DNA of 64,000 nt from an uncultured Actinomycetes bacterium (GTDB lineage Bacteria; Actinomycetota; UBA4738; HRBIN12), in contig OY969934.1 of NCBI GenBank assembly GCA_963704725.1, positions 3,168,001 to 3,232,000 on the forward strand, given 5' to 3'. The position numbers and the translations under genes are program-made. Below the pieces are notes generated by a model that was not told the DNA's origin, did no database searches, and saw only the letters and a program-made list of their open reading frames with translations. This document shows, piece by piece, positions 8,855 through 17,227 of this stretch (the stretch's first letter is position 1; each line of letters starts with the position of its first letter).

Positions 8855-10378
8855 CTACGCGAGCTCGCCGACCGCGCACTCGACCGCGTCCAGGATCTCG
8901 CCGGAGCGGACGAGCTCCTTCATGCGGTCGTGGTCGGTATACAGAGGGCGGTCCTCGTCGAGGTGGTCGACGTGGCCGCGGATGACCTCGCGGGCGACCT
9001 GCACGCCCTTGCCCGGGGTGAACTCGCGGAAGTCGAGGGCCTGGGCCGCCGCCATCAGCTCGATCCCCAGGACGGCGTGGGCGTTCTCGAGGATCTGCTC
9101 GTTCTTCAGGGCGGTGTTCATGCCCATCGAGACGAAGTCCTCCTGATCGGCGGCGGCGGGGATCGACATCGTCGAGGCGGGCGCGGACAGGATCCGCTGC
9201 TCCACGATGAGCGTGTCGGCGGCGTACTGCGACAGCATCATCCCCGAGAAGAAGCCGGGGTCCGGCGTGAGGAAGTCGGGCAGCCCCTGGCTGAGCGCGG
9301 GGTTGGTCAGCCGGTTCAGCCGCCGCTCCGACAGCACCGAGACCATCGTCACGGCCTGCCCCACGAGCTCCATCGGCAGCGACACCGGCGTGCCCTGGAA
9401 GTTGGCCCCGGTGAGCGTGAGGCGCTCCTCGGGCAGGTACAGCGGGTTGTCGCCGACGCCGTTCAGCTCGATCTCGACCTGCGAGCGTGCGTACGCCGTC
9501 GCGTCGTGCGCCGCGCCGATCACCTGCGGCGAGGAACGCATCGAGTACGCGTCCTGCACCTTGGTCTTGATCCTGCCGGTCTGCAGGTCGCTGCCCTCGA
9601 TGCAGCGCATGATCGACCGCGCGCTGCGGATCGCGCCGGCGAACCCGCGGAGCTCGTGCACACGGGCGTCGTACGGCTTGAGGTTGGCCAGGAGCGCCTC
9701 GAGCGACATCGCGCACGCGATCTCGGCCTGGCGGAGCCAGCGATCGACGTCGCGCAGCAGCAGCGCGCTCATCGCGGTCAGGACGTTCGAGCCGTTGATC
9801 GCGGCGAGCCCGTCGCGCGCCTTCAGCCCGGGGACGGCGATGCCGGCTCGCTCCATAGCCTCATGGCCGGGGAGGCGTTCGCCGTCCACGTACGCCTCGC
9901 CCTCGCCGAGGAGCAGCAGCGCGATCTGCGACATCGGCGCGAGATCGCCGCTCGCGCCCACGGAGCCTCGGCGGCACACCACGGGCGTGACCCCGCGGTT
10001 CAGCATCTCGACGTACGTCGCCGGGATCTCCGGCCGGCACGCCGAGTGTCCGCGGGCGTGGACGTTCACCCGGGAGGCCATCGCCGCGCGCACGACGTCG
10101 GGGGGCGAGGGCTCGCCGATGCCGGCGGCGTGGTTGTAGACGAGGTACCGCTGGAACCGCTCGACCTGCTCGCCGGACAGGACGACCTCGGAGAACTCGC
10201 CGATGCCCGTGTTGGTCCCGTACATGATCTCGCCCGCCGCGAGCTTGTCCTCGAGCATGGCCCGGCACGCCGCGATCCTCCGCACCGCCGCGGGATCGAG
10301 CTCCACGGGCTCGCGTCCACGCGCGATCCGAGCCAGTCCGTCGATCGTGAGCGAGGTGCCATCGAGGACGACGGTCAT
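8855..10378 (-). CDS. MIO-dependent aromatic amino-acid ammonia-lyase (histidine ammonia-lyase-like)
   Basis: YGTNTGIG, GSVGASGDLAP (ASG MIO triad), VQDAYSMR, DNP, GANFQG, QEDFVSM. Confidence 0.85.
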   Translation of the reverse strand: MTVVLDGTSLTIDGLARIARGREPVELDPAAVRRIAACRAMLEDKLAAGEIMYGTNTGIGEFSEVVLSGEQVERFQRYLVYNHAAGIGEPSPPDVVRAAMASRVNVHARGHSACRPEIPATYVEMLNRGVTPVVCRRGSVGASGDLAPMSQIALLLLGEGEAYVDGERLPGHEAMERAGIAVPGLKARDGLAAINGSNVLTAMSALLLRDVDRWLRQAEIACAMSLEALLANLKPYDARVHELRGFAGAIRSARSIMRCIEGSDLQTGRIKTKVQDAYSMRSSPQVIGAAHDATAYARSQVEIELNGVGDNPLYLPEERLTLTGANFQGTPVSLPMELVGQAVTMVSVLSERRLNRLTNPALSQGLPDFLTPDPGFFSGMMLSQYAADTLIVEQRILSAPASTMSIPAAADQEDFVSMGMNTALKNEQILENAHAVLGIELMAAAQALDFREFTPGKGVQVAREVIRGHVDHLDEDRPLYTDHDRMKELVRSGEILDAVECAVGELA

Positions 10379-10522
10379 GGCGAGGCTCCTGTGTCGGTCA
10401 CCCCATGCTGGCAACCCCGCGGGGCGGGGCAGGGGCCGCCCGACCCACCGCCGGCGGGTCGGGCGGACCGGGGCGCCGCCGCGGCGATCGGTCGGTAGCA
10501 TCGGAGCCGGTCCCGCCCACCG

Positions 10523-11173
10523 ATGCCACGCATCCTCGCCGTCGCCGACGAACCGTTCCCGGGCCTACCGGACGTCCTGGAGTCCCGGCCCGACCTCGTG
10601 CTGTCCTGCGGCGACCTGCCCTGGGAGGACCTCGAGCGGATCGTGGACCTGGCGAACGTGCCGCTGCTGTTCGTCCCGGGCAACCACGACCCGGCGCTGG
10701 TCCCCGCCAGCCGTCCGGTCTGGCCGCCCTCGATCGAGTTCCGCGACCTGGACGACCCCCCCGGCCCGCGCGGGTGCACGAACGTCGACGGCCGGATCGA
10801 GGACGCGGCCGGCCTGCGGATCGCCGGGCTGGGCGGTTCGATCCGGTACCGCCCGGGCCCCAACCAGTACTCGCAGGGGCAGATGGCCCGGCGGGCGAGG
10901 AAGCTGGGACGGCGCGCCCGGTGGCGGCGGCTGCGGGACGGGCGCGGGGTCGACGTCATGATCGCGCACTCCCCACCGAAGGGACTCGGCGACGAGGACG
11001 ATCGCCCGCACGAGGGGTTCGAGTCGTTCCACGCGCTCGTGCGAAAGCTGCGGCCGCGGCTCATGCTCCACGGCCACATCCACCCGTACGGGATCGTCCG
11101 ACCCGATCGTTACCTGGACGACACGCGGGTGATCAATGTCGTCCCCTTCAAGGTGATAGACCTCGAGCCGTGA
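10523..11173 (+). CDS. Calcineurin-like metallophosphoesterase
   Basis: LAVAD, SCGDL, VPGNHD, IAHSPP, LHGHIH metal-binding motifs. Confidence 0.88.
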   Translation: MPRILAVADEPFPGLPDVLESRPDLVLSCGDLPWEDLERIVDLANVPLLFVPGNHDPALVPASRPVWPPSIEFRDLDDPPGPRGCTNVDGRIEDAAGLRIAGLGGSIRYRPGPNQYSQGQMARRARKLGRRARWRRLRDGRGVDVMIAHSPPKGLGDEDDRPHEGFESFHALVRKLRPRLMLHGHIHPYGIVRPDRYLDDTRVINVVPFKVIDLEP

Positions 11174-12018
11174 ACCCGCCGAAGGACTACGTGCGCTCGA
11201 CGTGGCGCAAGGCGCGCCGGCGCGAGGCTTACCGCCGCCTGTCGCAGATCGCCGGGCGTCACCGGTCACAACCGCTGCTCATGCTCGACGAGGTCTCGCG
11301 GCGGCTCCGCGCGTTCGAGCAGACGTACGTCGGCGTCCGGCCGATCCGCGTCGCGGACGTCGTCGGCACGGTCAGCCGGATCGACGACTTCGACCGCGAC
11401 TTCCTGCCGAAGCGCTCCAAGATCCAGGAGCGCTGGCGCAGCGTGGAGGAGACGTATCCCGAGGGCGACTTCCCGCCGATCGTCGTCTACGAGCTCGACG
11501 GGCGGTACTTCGTCGTGGACGGCCACCACCGCGTGGCGATCGCGCGGCAGCGCGGCATCGAGTTCCTCGACGCCGAGATCACGCGGCTGCGGTCGCGGTG
11601 GCCGCTCCCGCCGGACGCCGACATCGGCGCCATCATCATGGCGGAGCAGTGCCGCCGCTTCCTCGAGGAGTCGGGGCTCGAGCGAGCGCGGCCGGAGGTC
11701 AAGATCGAGTTCAGCCGGCCGCAGGGATACATCGAGCTGCTCGAGCACATCAAGATCCACGGCTTCCACCTCCTCATGGAGCGGAAGGCCCCGCTCTCGA
11801 TGGAGGAGATCGCCGGCGACTGGTACGACCGCGTCTACCTGCCGACCGTGGAAGCGATCCACCGCGAGGGTCTGCACGAGCTGTGGCCTCGCGCCACCCA
11901 CGCCGACCTGTTCCTGTGGGTGGGGCAGCGCCGGCGCGAGCTGTTCCCCGAGCGTGACGACCTCGGCATCGAGGAAGGGGTCCGGGTGGCCCGCGAGCGC
12001 GCCCGGCCGACGCGCTGA
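11170..12018 (+). CDS. ParB/Srx-like N-terminal domain protein (DUF4032-type C-terminus)
   Basis: VVGTVSR..DFDRDFLP, PPIVVYELDGRYFVVDGHHRVAIAR, WYDRVYLP...ADLFLWV. GTG 11170 overlaps the phosphoesterase TGA. Confidence 0.75.
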   Translation: MNPPKDYVRSTWRKARRREAYRRLSQIAGRHRSQPLLMLDEVSRRLRAFEQTYVGVRPIRVADVVGTVSRIDDFDRDFLPKRSKIQERWRSVEETYPEGDFPPIVVYELDGRYFVVDGHHRVAIARQRGIEFLDAEITRLRSRWPLPPDADIGAIIMAEQCRRFLEESGLERARPEVKIEFSRPQGYIELLEHIKIHGFHLLMERKAPLSMEEIAGDWYDRVYLPTVEAIHREGLHELWPRATHADLFLWVGQRRRELFPERDDLGIEEGVRVARERARPTR

Positions 12019-12165
12019 GGCGCCGGGACATCGGGAAACATCAGTTCTCGGGCGTTTGCGACGCGTCCCGGTGGGTAGCCATCGCCGAAGCTCCAGGTCA
12101 CTCGACAGGCGGGTAGGCGTTCGCGAGCCCGCGACGTCCCGCCCAGCCACGGGAGGTGGTTGCCC

Positions 12166-13062
12166 ATGTGGAGATCCATGCGATCGGTCGGCACACGGTC
12201 GCTCCTCGTCACGCTGATCGCCGGGTCGATGGTCGCCCTGGAAGGCGCGCCGGCGCTCGCCGCCCCGCCGACGATCACGTCCTTCTCTCCGACCTGCGGA
12301 GCGGTGGGCACGACCGTCATCATCACCGGCACGGCCTTCCAGGATGCGCCGAGCGCCGTCTCGGCCGTGACCTTCAACGTCACCGCGGCGACGACGTTCA
12401 TCGTGAACTCGGATACGCAGATCACGGCCACGGTTCCGGCCGGCGCCACGTCGGGTGCGATCGCCGTGACGGACTCGGAGGGCACGGCAACGAGCACGTC
12501 GAACTTCACGGTGGCGACGGCCGCAGGGCCGTGCATCTCCAGCTTCACCCCGACGACCGGCGGCGCCGGCACGGTGGTGACGATCACCGGTGGAGGCCTC
12601 ACGGGTGCGACGGCGGTGACGTTCGGGGGCGTCGCGGCGACCACCTTCACGGTCGACTCCGCCACGCAGATCACGGCCACGGTTCCCGCGACCGCGGTCA
12701 CGGGCCCGATCGTCGTCACGACGCCGGCGGGGACGGCGACGAGCGCGACCAACTTCACCGTGACCACGGGGACGAGCGACCACGCTCGGGCGGTGACGCT
12801 CCGGCTGCGGGGTCATCTCAGAGCACGAGGGACGGTGACCTCGGATCTCGATGCCTGCATGAGTGGCGTCACCGTGAAGATCCAGCGGCGCAAGGGCGGA
12901 TGGAGGACGGTCAAGAGCGTCGCCACGAACGACGCCGGGAAGTACGCCGCCGAGATCCGCGACCGGGCGGGGCGGTACCGCGCCCTCGTCCCGGCCAGCT
13001 CGGCGGGTCCCAACGACACCTGCGCCCGGGCGAAGTCGCCGAAGGTGCGGCACCGGGACTGA
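12166..13062 (+). CDS. Secreted IPT/TIG (Ig-like) tandem-domain protein
   Basis: Signal peptide, two repeats of ITSFSPT..GTxVxITG...FxVxSxTQITATVP...GxIxVT, and a basic C-terminal beta domain. GGGAGG RBS. Confidence 0.8.
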   Translation: MWRSMRSVGTRSLLVTLIAGSMVALEGAPALAAPPTITSFSPTCGAVGTTVIITGTAFQDAPSAVSAVTFNVTAATTFIVNSDTQITATVPAGATSGAIAVTDSEGTATSTSNFTVATAAGPCISSFTPTTGGAGTVVTITGGGLTGATAVTFGGVAATTFTVDSATQITATVPATAVTGPIVVTTPAGTATSATNFTVTTGTSDHARAVTLRLRGHLRARGTVTSDLDACMSGVTVKIQRRKGGWRTVKSVATNDAGKYAAEIRDRAGRYRALVPASSAGPNDTCARAKSPKVRHRD

Positions 13063-13087
13063 CGCCGCGGCGACCACGAGGCACCAC

Positions 13088-13135
13088 GAACGACGATCCC
13101 TCCCGGGGCCTGAGCCGCGGGAGGGATCGTCGTTC
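13088..13135. terminator. Long hairpin downstream of the IPT/TIG gene
   Basis: GAACGACGATCCCTCCC pairs perfectly with GGGAGGGATCGTCGTTC (17-bp stem). No U-tract. Confidence 0.7.
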
Positions 13136-13152
13136 TCGTGACACCATGTGGC

Positions 13153-13866
13153 ATGGCCACCGGTCCGCTCGCGCTCGTCGGCGGCGATGAGCTGAAACCG
13201 GGGAACGAGCCGCACGACGGCGAGCTCGCCCGGGCGGCGGGCGACGGGCCGGCATTCGTCCTGGCCACCGCCGCCGCCCGCCAGCGCCCCGACCTCGCCG
13301 TCGCGAACGCGGTCCGGTGGTTCGCCGCGTTCGGTCTGGGCGTCGAGGAGCTCCCCGCGGTACGGCGATCGGACGTCACCTCGACCGCGAACGCCGAGCG
13401 CGCCGCCGGCGGCCGGTTCTTCTACCTCGTGGGCGGGGACCCGGGGCTCGTGCCCAGGATCCTCGCGGGCTCGCCGCTCTGGGATGCCGTGGTCGGAGCG
13501 TGGCGGGCGGGCGCGGCGCTCGCCGGCTCCTCGGCCGGGGCCATGGCGCTGTGCGAGTGGACCCTGGTGCGAGCACGGATGCCCGGCGACCACCAGCGGC
13601 GGTTCGCGCCGGCGCTGGGGCTCGTGCCCGGCGTCGCGTTCCTCCCCCACTTCGAGACCTTCGGGCACCGATGGATCGACAGCGCCTCGTCGCGCGAGGA
13701 CGCCGTCCTGCTCGGCGTCGATGAGCGCACCGCAGCCCTGTGGACGGGCGGGAGGTGGCGCGCCACCGGCGGCGGCGGCGTGACGGTGATCACGGGCGGC
13801 TCGGCCCGCCGGTTCGAGGCCGGCTCGGACGTCGAGGGCCTTCCCCACCCGGCGACGGCGGGGTGA
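13153..13866 (+). CDS. Peptidase S51 / cyanophycinase-like (class I glutamine amidotransferase-like fold)
   Basis: LALVGGDE, YLVGGDP, nucleophile elbow GSSAGAM, FLPHF, LGVDERTA. Confidence 0.8.
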   Translation: MATGPLALVGGDELKPGNEPHDGELARAAGDGPAFVLATAAARQRPDLAVANAVRWFAAFGLGVEELPAVRRSDVTSTANAERAAGGRFFYLVGGDPGLVPRILAGSPLWDAVVGAWRAGAALAGSSAGAMALCEWTLVRARMPGDHQRRFAPALGLVPGVAFLPHFETFGHRWIDSASSREDAVLLGVDERTAALWTGGRWRATGGGGVTVITGGSARRFEAGSDVEGLPHPATAG

Positions 13867-13897
13867 CGCTGCGGCGGCCAGCCGGGAGCATGGGTGG

Positions 13898-14992
13898 ATG
13901 AGCGCGCGCGTGTGGAACTTCTCGCCGGGCCCGGCCATGCTCCCCCCCTCGGTCGTGGAGGAGGCCCGAGAGCACCTGCTCGCGCTCCCCGGGGCCGGGG
14001 CGTCGATCCTGGAGATCAGCCACCGTTCGCCGGCGTTCGACCGCGTCATCGAGGAGGCGGAGGCGAACCTGCGGGGACTGCTCGAGATCCCGGACACCCA
14101 CCGCGTGCTGTTCCTGCAGGGCGGGGCCTCGCTGCAGTTCTCGATGGCTCCGATGAACCTGCTCCGGGGGCGCGACGTCCCGGCCGCGTACGTCGTCTCC
14201 GGCTCGTGGGGCGCCCGGGCCGTGGCCGAGGCACGGAAGGAAGGCCCGGCCGAGATCGTCTGGGACGGGCGAGCGGACGGCTTCACGGACGTTCCCGATC
14301 TCGAGGCGCTGTCGGTGACCGGGGCCGCGTACCTCCATGTCACGTCGAACGAGACGATCCAGGGGGTCGAGTTCCCCCCCGGGTTCGAGCCGTCCTCCGG
14401 ATCGCCGTTGGTGTGCGACGCGTCGAGCGACTTCCTGTCCCGACCCCTGCCGATCGATCGCTACGGCCTGCTGTACGCGGGCGCGCAGAAGAACGCCGGC
14501 CCTGCTGGGCTGACGATCGCCGCGATCCGTGGTGACGTCCTCGGCAGGGTCCCCGAGGGCCTTCCCACCATGCTCGACTACCGCACGTTCTCCGAGCACG
14601 GCTCCCGCTACAACACGCCGCCCGTGTTCGCCGTCTACGTGCTGATGCTCGTCACCCGGTGGCTCCGCGACGAGATCGGCGGCCTCGACAAGGTGTTCGA
14701 GCGGAACCGGGAGAAGGCCCGCCTGCTGTACGAGGGGATCGACGCGAGCGACGGGTTCTACCGAGGCCACGCCGGCGCCGGCGCCCGGTCGCTGATGAAC
14801 GTCACGTTCCGGCTTGCCTCGCCGGAACTCGAGTCGGCCTTCCTGGAGGAGGCCGCGCGCTCCGACCTCGTCGAGCTACGAGGACATCGAAGCGTCGGCG
14901 GGATCCGCGCCTCGATCTACAACGCGATGCCGGTCGAGGGGGTTCGCGCGCTGCGCGAGCTCATGGACGGCTTCCGCTCGCGCCACGCCTGA
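13898..14992 (+). CDS. serC: Phosphoserine aminotransferase
   Basis: NFSPGPAMLP, EISHRS, FLQGGASLQF, NETIQG, YAGAQKNAGPAG, NTPP, GHRSVGGIRASIYNA. Confidence 0.96.
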   Translation: MSARVWNFSPGPAMLPPSVVEEAREHLLALPGAGASILEISHRSPAFDRVIEEAEANLRGLLEIPDTHRVLFLQGGASLQFSMAPMNLLRGRDVPAAYVVSGSWGARAVAEARKEGPAEIVWDGRADGFTDVPDLEALSVTGAAYLHVTSNETIQGVEFPPGFEPSSGSPLVCDASSDFLSRPLPIDRYGLLYAGAQKNAGPAGLTIAAIRGDVLGRVPEGLPTMLDYRTFSEHGSRYNTPPVFAVYVLMLVTRWLRDEIGGLDKVFERNREKARLLYEGIDASDGFYRGHAGAGARSLMNVTFRLASPELESAFLEEAARSDLVELRGHRSVGGIRASIYNAMPVEGVRALRELMDGFRSRHA

Positions 14993-15000
14993 GCGAGGAA

Positions 15001-15053
15001 GCGCCGGGACCGACGCGGTGGGGGGCTCCCGCCCACGAGACCGGCCCCGGCGC
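15001..15053. terminator. GC hairpin between the convergent serC and 69-aa ORF
   Basis: Outer stem GCGCCGGG/CCCGGCGC and inner stem GTGGG/CCCAC, located between two convergent stop codons. Confidence 0.55.
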
Positions 15054-15056
15054 AGC

Positions 15057-15266
15057 TCAGTCGATGAGGCGGTACCGCTCGGCGTCGCCCTCCGCCAGCT
15101 CGCGAGCGTACGAGTCGTGGATCACACCGCCGGACGTGACCGGCGTCCAGACCCAGATGCCGTTCCGGAGGTACTGCGCACCCTGTTCGAGACGATCGAG
15201 TCGCACGCGGAAGACCACCCCGTCGAGCTGGTAGTACCGCTCCTGGAGGGTGAGGGTCGTGTCCAT
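15057..15266 (-). CDS. 69-aa hypothetical protein downstream of the peptide ORF
   Basis: AGGAG RBS before ATG 15266, GC-rich third positions, aromatic-rich sequence unlike the shadow ORFs. Confidence 0.7.
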   Translation of the reverse strand: MDTTLTLQERYYQLDGVVFRVRLDRLEQGAQYLRNGIWVWTPVTSGGVIHDSYARELAEGDAERYRLID

Positions 15267-15292
15267 CGGGCTCTCCTACCGGGGGTCTGCGT

Positions 15293-15328
15293 TCGAGGCG
15301 GGGGTTCCCCGGTACCCCCCGTCCTCGA
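15293..15328. other. Stem-loop between the peptide ORF and the 69-aa ORF
   Basis: TCGAGG-CGGGGG pairs with CCCCCG-T-CCTCGA, starting 5 nt after the peptide stop codon. Confidence 0.6.
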
Positions 15329-15333
15329 TGGGC

Positions 15334-15438
15334 CTAGTGCTTCGGCCAGCTGGCCGCCCCCGCGACCAACATCGCCGCGAGCGTCCCGAGCGTGAGCGCC
15401 AGGGCGCGGGCCCGAACCTTCCATCCGCGTGCGCGCAT
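15334..15438 (-). CDS. 34-aa secreted pro-peptide candidate MRARGWKVRARALALTLGTLAAMLVAGAASWPKH (absent from ORF track)
   Basis: AAGGAGG RBS 7 nt before ATG 15438, stop TAG 15334-15336. Basic n-region, hydrophobic h-region, AGA/GAA cleavage-like site and short polar tail. Confidence 0.8.
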   Translation of the reverse strand: MRARGWKVRARALALTLGTLAAMLVAGAASWPKH

Positions 15439-15472
15439 CGGACTGCCTCCTTCTTCCCGATGCTTCGCCGCG

Positions 15473-15501
15473 AATGTAACTTCATACTTGTCTCCCAGCA
15501 A
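15473..15501 (-). promoter_or_regulatory. Sigma-A-like promoter for the peptide gene
   Basis: Minus strand TTGCTG (15501-15496) - 17 nt - TACATT (15478-15473). Confidence 0.6.
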
Positions 15502-15516
15502 CCTCACTGGTTAAGT

Positions 15517-15534
15517 TCGGCAGACTGCTGCCGA
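15517..15534. promoter_or_regulatory. Palindrome TCGGCAG-N4-CTGCCGA, candidate binding site of the HTH-TPR regulator
   Basis: Perfect 7-bp inverted repeat in the divergent intergenic region, upstream of the peptide -35. Confidence 0.5.
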
Positions 15535-15585
15535 GGTTTAGGGGAGAATCCGAAATCAGGACTCGATGATGGGCGGAGGAGACGG

Positions 15586-16860
15586 ATGATCGGCCCCCGG
15601 CTCAAGCGGCTCCGGGTCGCGCGCGGCCTGACCCAGAAGGAGCTCGGCGAGCCTCGGTACACGCACGCCTACGTCAGCACGATCGAGGCCGGACGCCGTC
15701 ACCCGTCGCGAGAGGCGCTCGAGCACTTCGCCGCGAAGCTGGGCGTCGACGTCGAGGAGCTGTCGACCGGACGAGCCCCCGACCTGGAGGTTCGCCTCCG
15801 AGTCCAGCTCCAGGAGGCGCGCGTCCAGATCTCCGACGGCCGGTTCGACGAGGCCGACGCGGCGCTCCGCCGGGTGGTGCGGGACGCGCGACGCTACACC
15901 TTGCCAAGGCTCGAGGCGAAGGCGGAGGAGGTTCGAGGGCTGTGGCTCCAGCGCAGTGGAGAGCCGGAGGAAGCGCTCGAGCACTATCAGAAAGCGGAGG
16001 AGCTCCTGCGCGAAGAGGCGCCGACGGCTCGCGCCGACGTCGTCGATGGCAAGGCCACGTGCTTCGCGGCGCTCGGCGACGTCCGGTACGCGGTCTTCCT
16101 GCTGGAGAGCCTGCTCGACGAGATCGAGCGCGCCGAGCTGCGGGACCCGGACGCCCTCGTCCGTGTCCACGCCGGCCTTGTGTACTTCTACCTCGATCTC
16201 GGGCTCATGCCGGCCGCCGCTCGCTCGGCCGCCGAGCTCGACCGTCTAGCCCTTCGGGTCGCCGACCCCGCCAGGATCGCGCAGATGCACATGAACGTCG
16301 CGCGCCAGTACCTGGCGGACGGTCGTGTCGAGGACGCGACGGCGTCGCTGCAGCGCGCCGAGGACGCCTATCGCCAGCTGGGGCTCCTCACCGAGATGGG
16401 AGGCGCGCACCTCGCCCGCGGCTACGTCCTGTCAAGGCAGGGCGCGTTCGCCGACGCGCATCGCGAGCTCGAGGAGGCGCGGGACATCTTCGAACGCACG
16501 TCGAACACCAAGGACCTGACGCGGGCGCTGAACGAGCTGGCGCGCGTCGCCCGGCTCGACGATCGCCCCGCCGACGCTCGCATCCTCGTGGAGCGCTCGA
16601 TCGCACTCCTCGGCACCAGCGACGACCCGATCTCGGCGGAGGCGCACCTGGAGCTCGGCACCGTGCTGGCCGCGCTCGGGGAAGCGGACGCCGAGAAACA
16701 TCTCCGGATCGCCGTCGAGCTCTACGAGCGCACGGAGCTGGCGATCGGCCTCGCGGTCGCCTATCGCACGCTGGGCGATCTGTTGCGCGCCCACGGGGAC
16801 GAGGCGGGAGGGTCCGAGGCCTACCGCACGGGCATCCTGGCGATCGAGCCGCTTCTCTAG
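15586..16860 (+). CDS. XRE-family HTH + tetratricopeptide-repeat transcriptional regulator (RRNPP-like architecture)
   Basis: GGAGGAG RBS before ATG 15586. IGPRLKRLRVARGLTQKEL...AYVSTIEAGRRHPSREALEHFAAKLGV is followed by repeated TPR-like helices (G..EEALEHYQKA, G..EDATASLQRA, LARGYVLSRQG..ADA). 424 aa. Confidence 0.88.
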   Translation: MIGPRLKRLRVARGLTQKELGEPRYTHAYVSTIEAGRRHPSREALEHFAAKLGVDVEELSTGRAPDLEVRLRVQLQEARVQISDGRFDEADAALRRVVRDARRYTLPRLEAKAEEVRGLWLQRSGEPEEALEHYQKAEELLREEAPTARADVVDGKATCFAALGDVRYAVFLLESLLDEIERAELRDPDALVRVHAGLVYFYLDLGLMPAAARSAAELDRLALRVADPARIAQMHMNVARQYLADGRVEDATASLQRAEDAYRQLGLLTEMGGAHLARGYVLSRQGAFADAHRELEEARDIFERTSNTKDLTRALNELARVARLDDRPADARILVERSIALLGTSDDPISAEAHLELGTVLAALGEADAEKHLRIAVELYERTELAIGLAVAYRTLGDLLRAHGDEAGGSEAYRTGILAIEPLL

Positions 16861-16878
16861 ACGGGACCGTCCCGCGGA

Positions 16879-17109
16879 TCAGACGCGGATGATGGGACAG
16901 GTGAGCGTGCGCGTCACGCCGGGGATGTGCTGGATCTCGTCGATCAACTTGCCCAGCAGCTCCATCGTCTCCGCCTCGGCGCGGACGACCACGTCGTAGG
17001 GACCCGTCACCACCTGCGCGAGCTGCACGCCCGGGATCCGCTGCATCTCGTCCCCGACGCGTCGCCCCACCGTCACGTCCACCTGCACCAGCACGAACGC
17101 CTCGATCAT
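16879..17109 (-). CDS. Stand-alone Lrp/AsnC ligand-binding (RAM) domain protein
   Basis: MIEAFVLVQ...VTGPYDVVVRAEA...IPGVTRTLTCPI. No HTH. GGAGG RBS. Confidence 0.85.
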   Translation of the reverse strand: MIEAFVLVQVDVTVGRRVGDEMQRIPGVQLAQVVTGPYDVVVRAEAETMELLGKLIDEIQHIPGVTRTLTCPIIRV

Positions 17110-17227
17110 GCGATCCACCTCCGTCCGACCCTCGGAACCATGCTCCCGGCGCCCCGGGGTTGCCGATAGGGACACTCGGCCCTCGCGTGCCGGTTCCTGC
17201 GGTCCCTGCAGATCGGAGCGCGCGACG

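Noticed and set aside
12019-12165. Structured leader before the IPT/TIG gene as a riboswitch
   Set aside because: Hairpins can be drawn, but I recognise no riboswitch consensus and such pairing is expected at this GC level. An Rfam search would decide.
11266-14343. Very long ORFs in the track (for example 11266-14343, 25036-28311, 28733-32242, 60044-63844, and the 5' part of 51790-56352)
   Set aside because: They are antisense or off-frame shadows of recognisable genes. High GC suppresses stop codons and the translations are Arg/Gly/Pro-rich without motifs.
15276-15485. 69-aa minus-strand ORF MKLHSRR... in the track
   Set aside because: It has no RBS and starts inside the predicted promoter. 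The overlapping frame 15334-15438 has the SD, the codon bias and a coherent signal-peptide structure.
15250-15585. 112-aa N-terminal extension of the HTH-TPR ORF
   Set aside because: It overlaps the peptide gene and promoter. The real start is most likely ATG 15586 after GGAGGAG.
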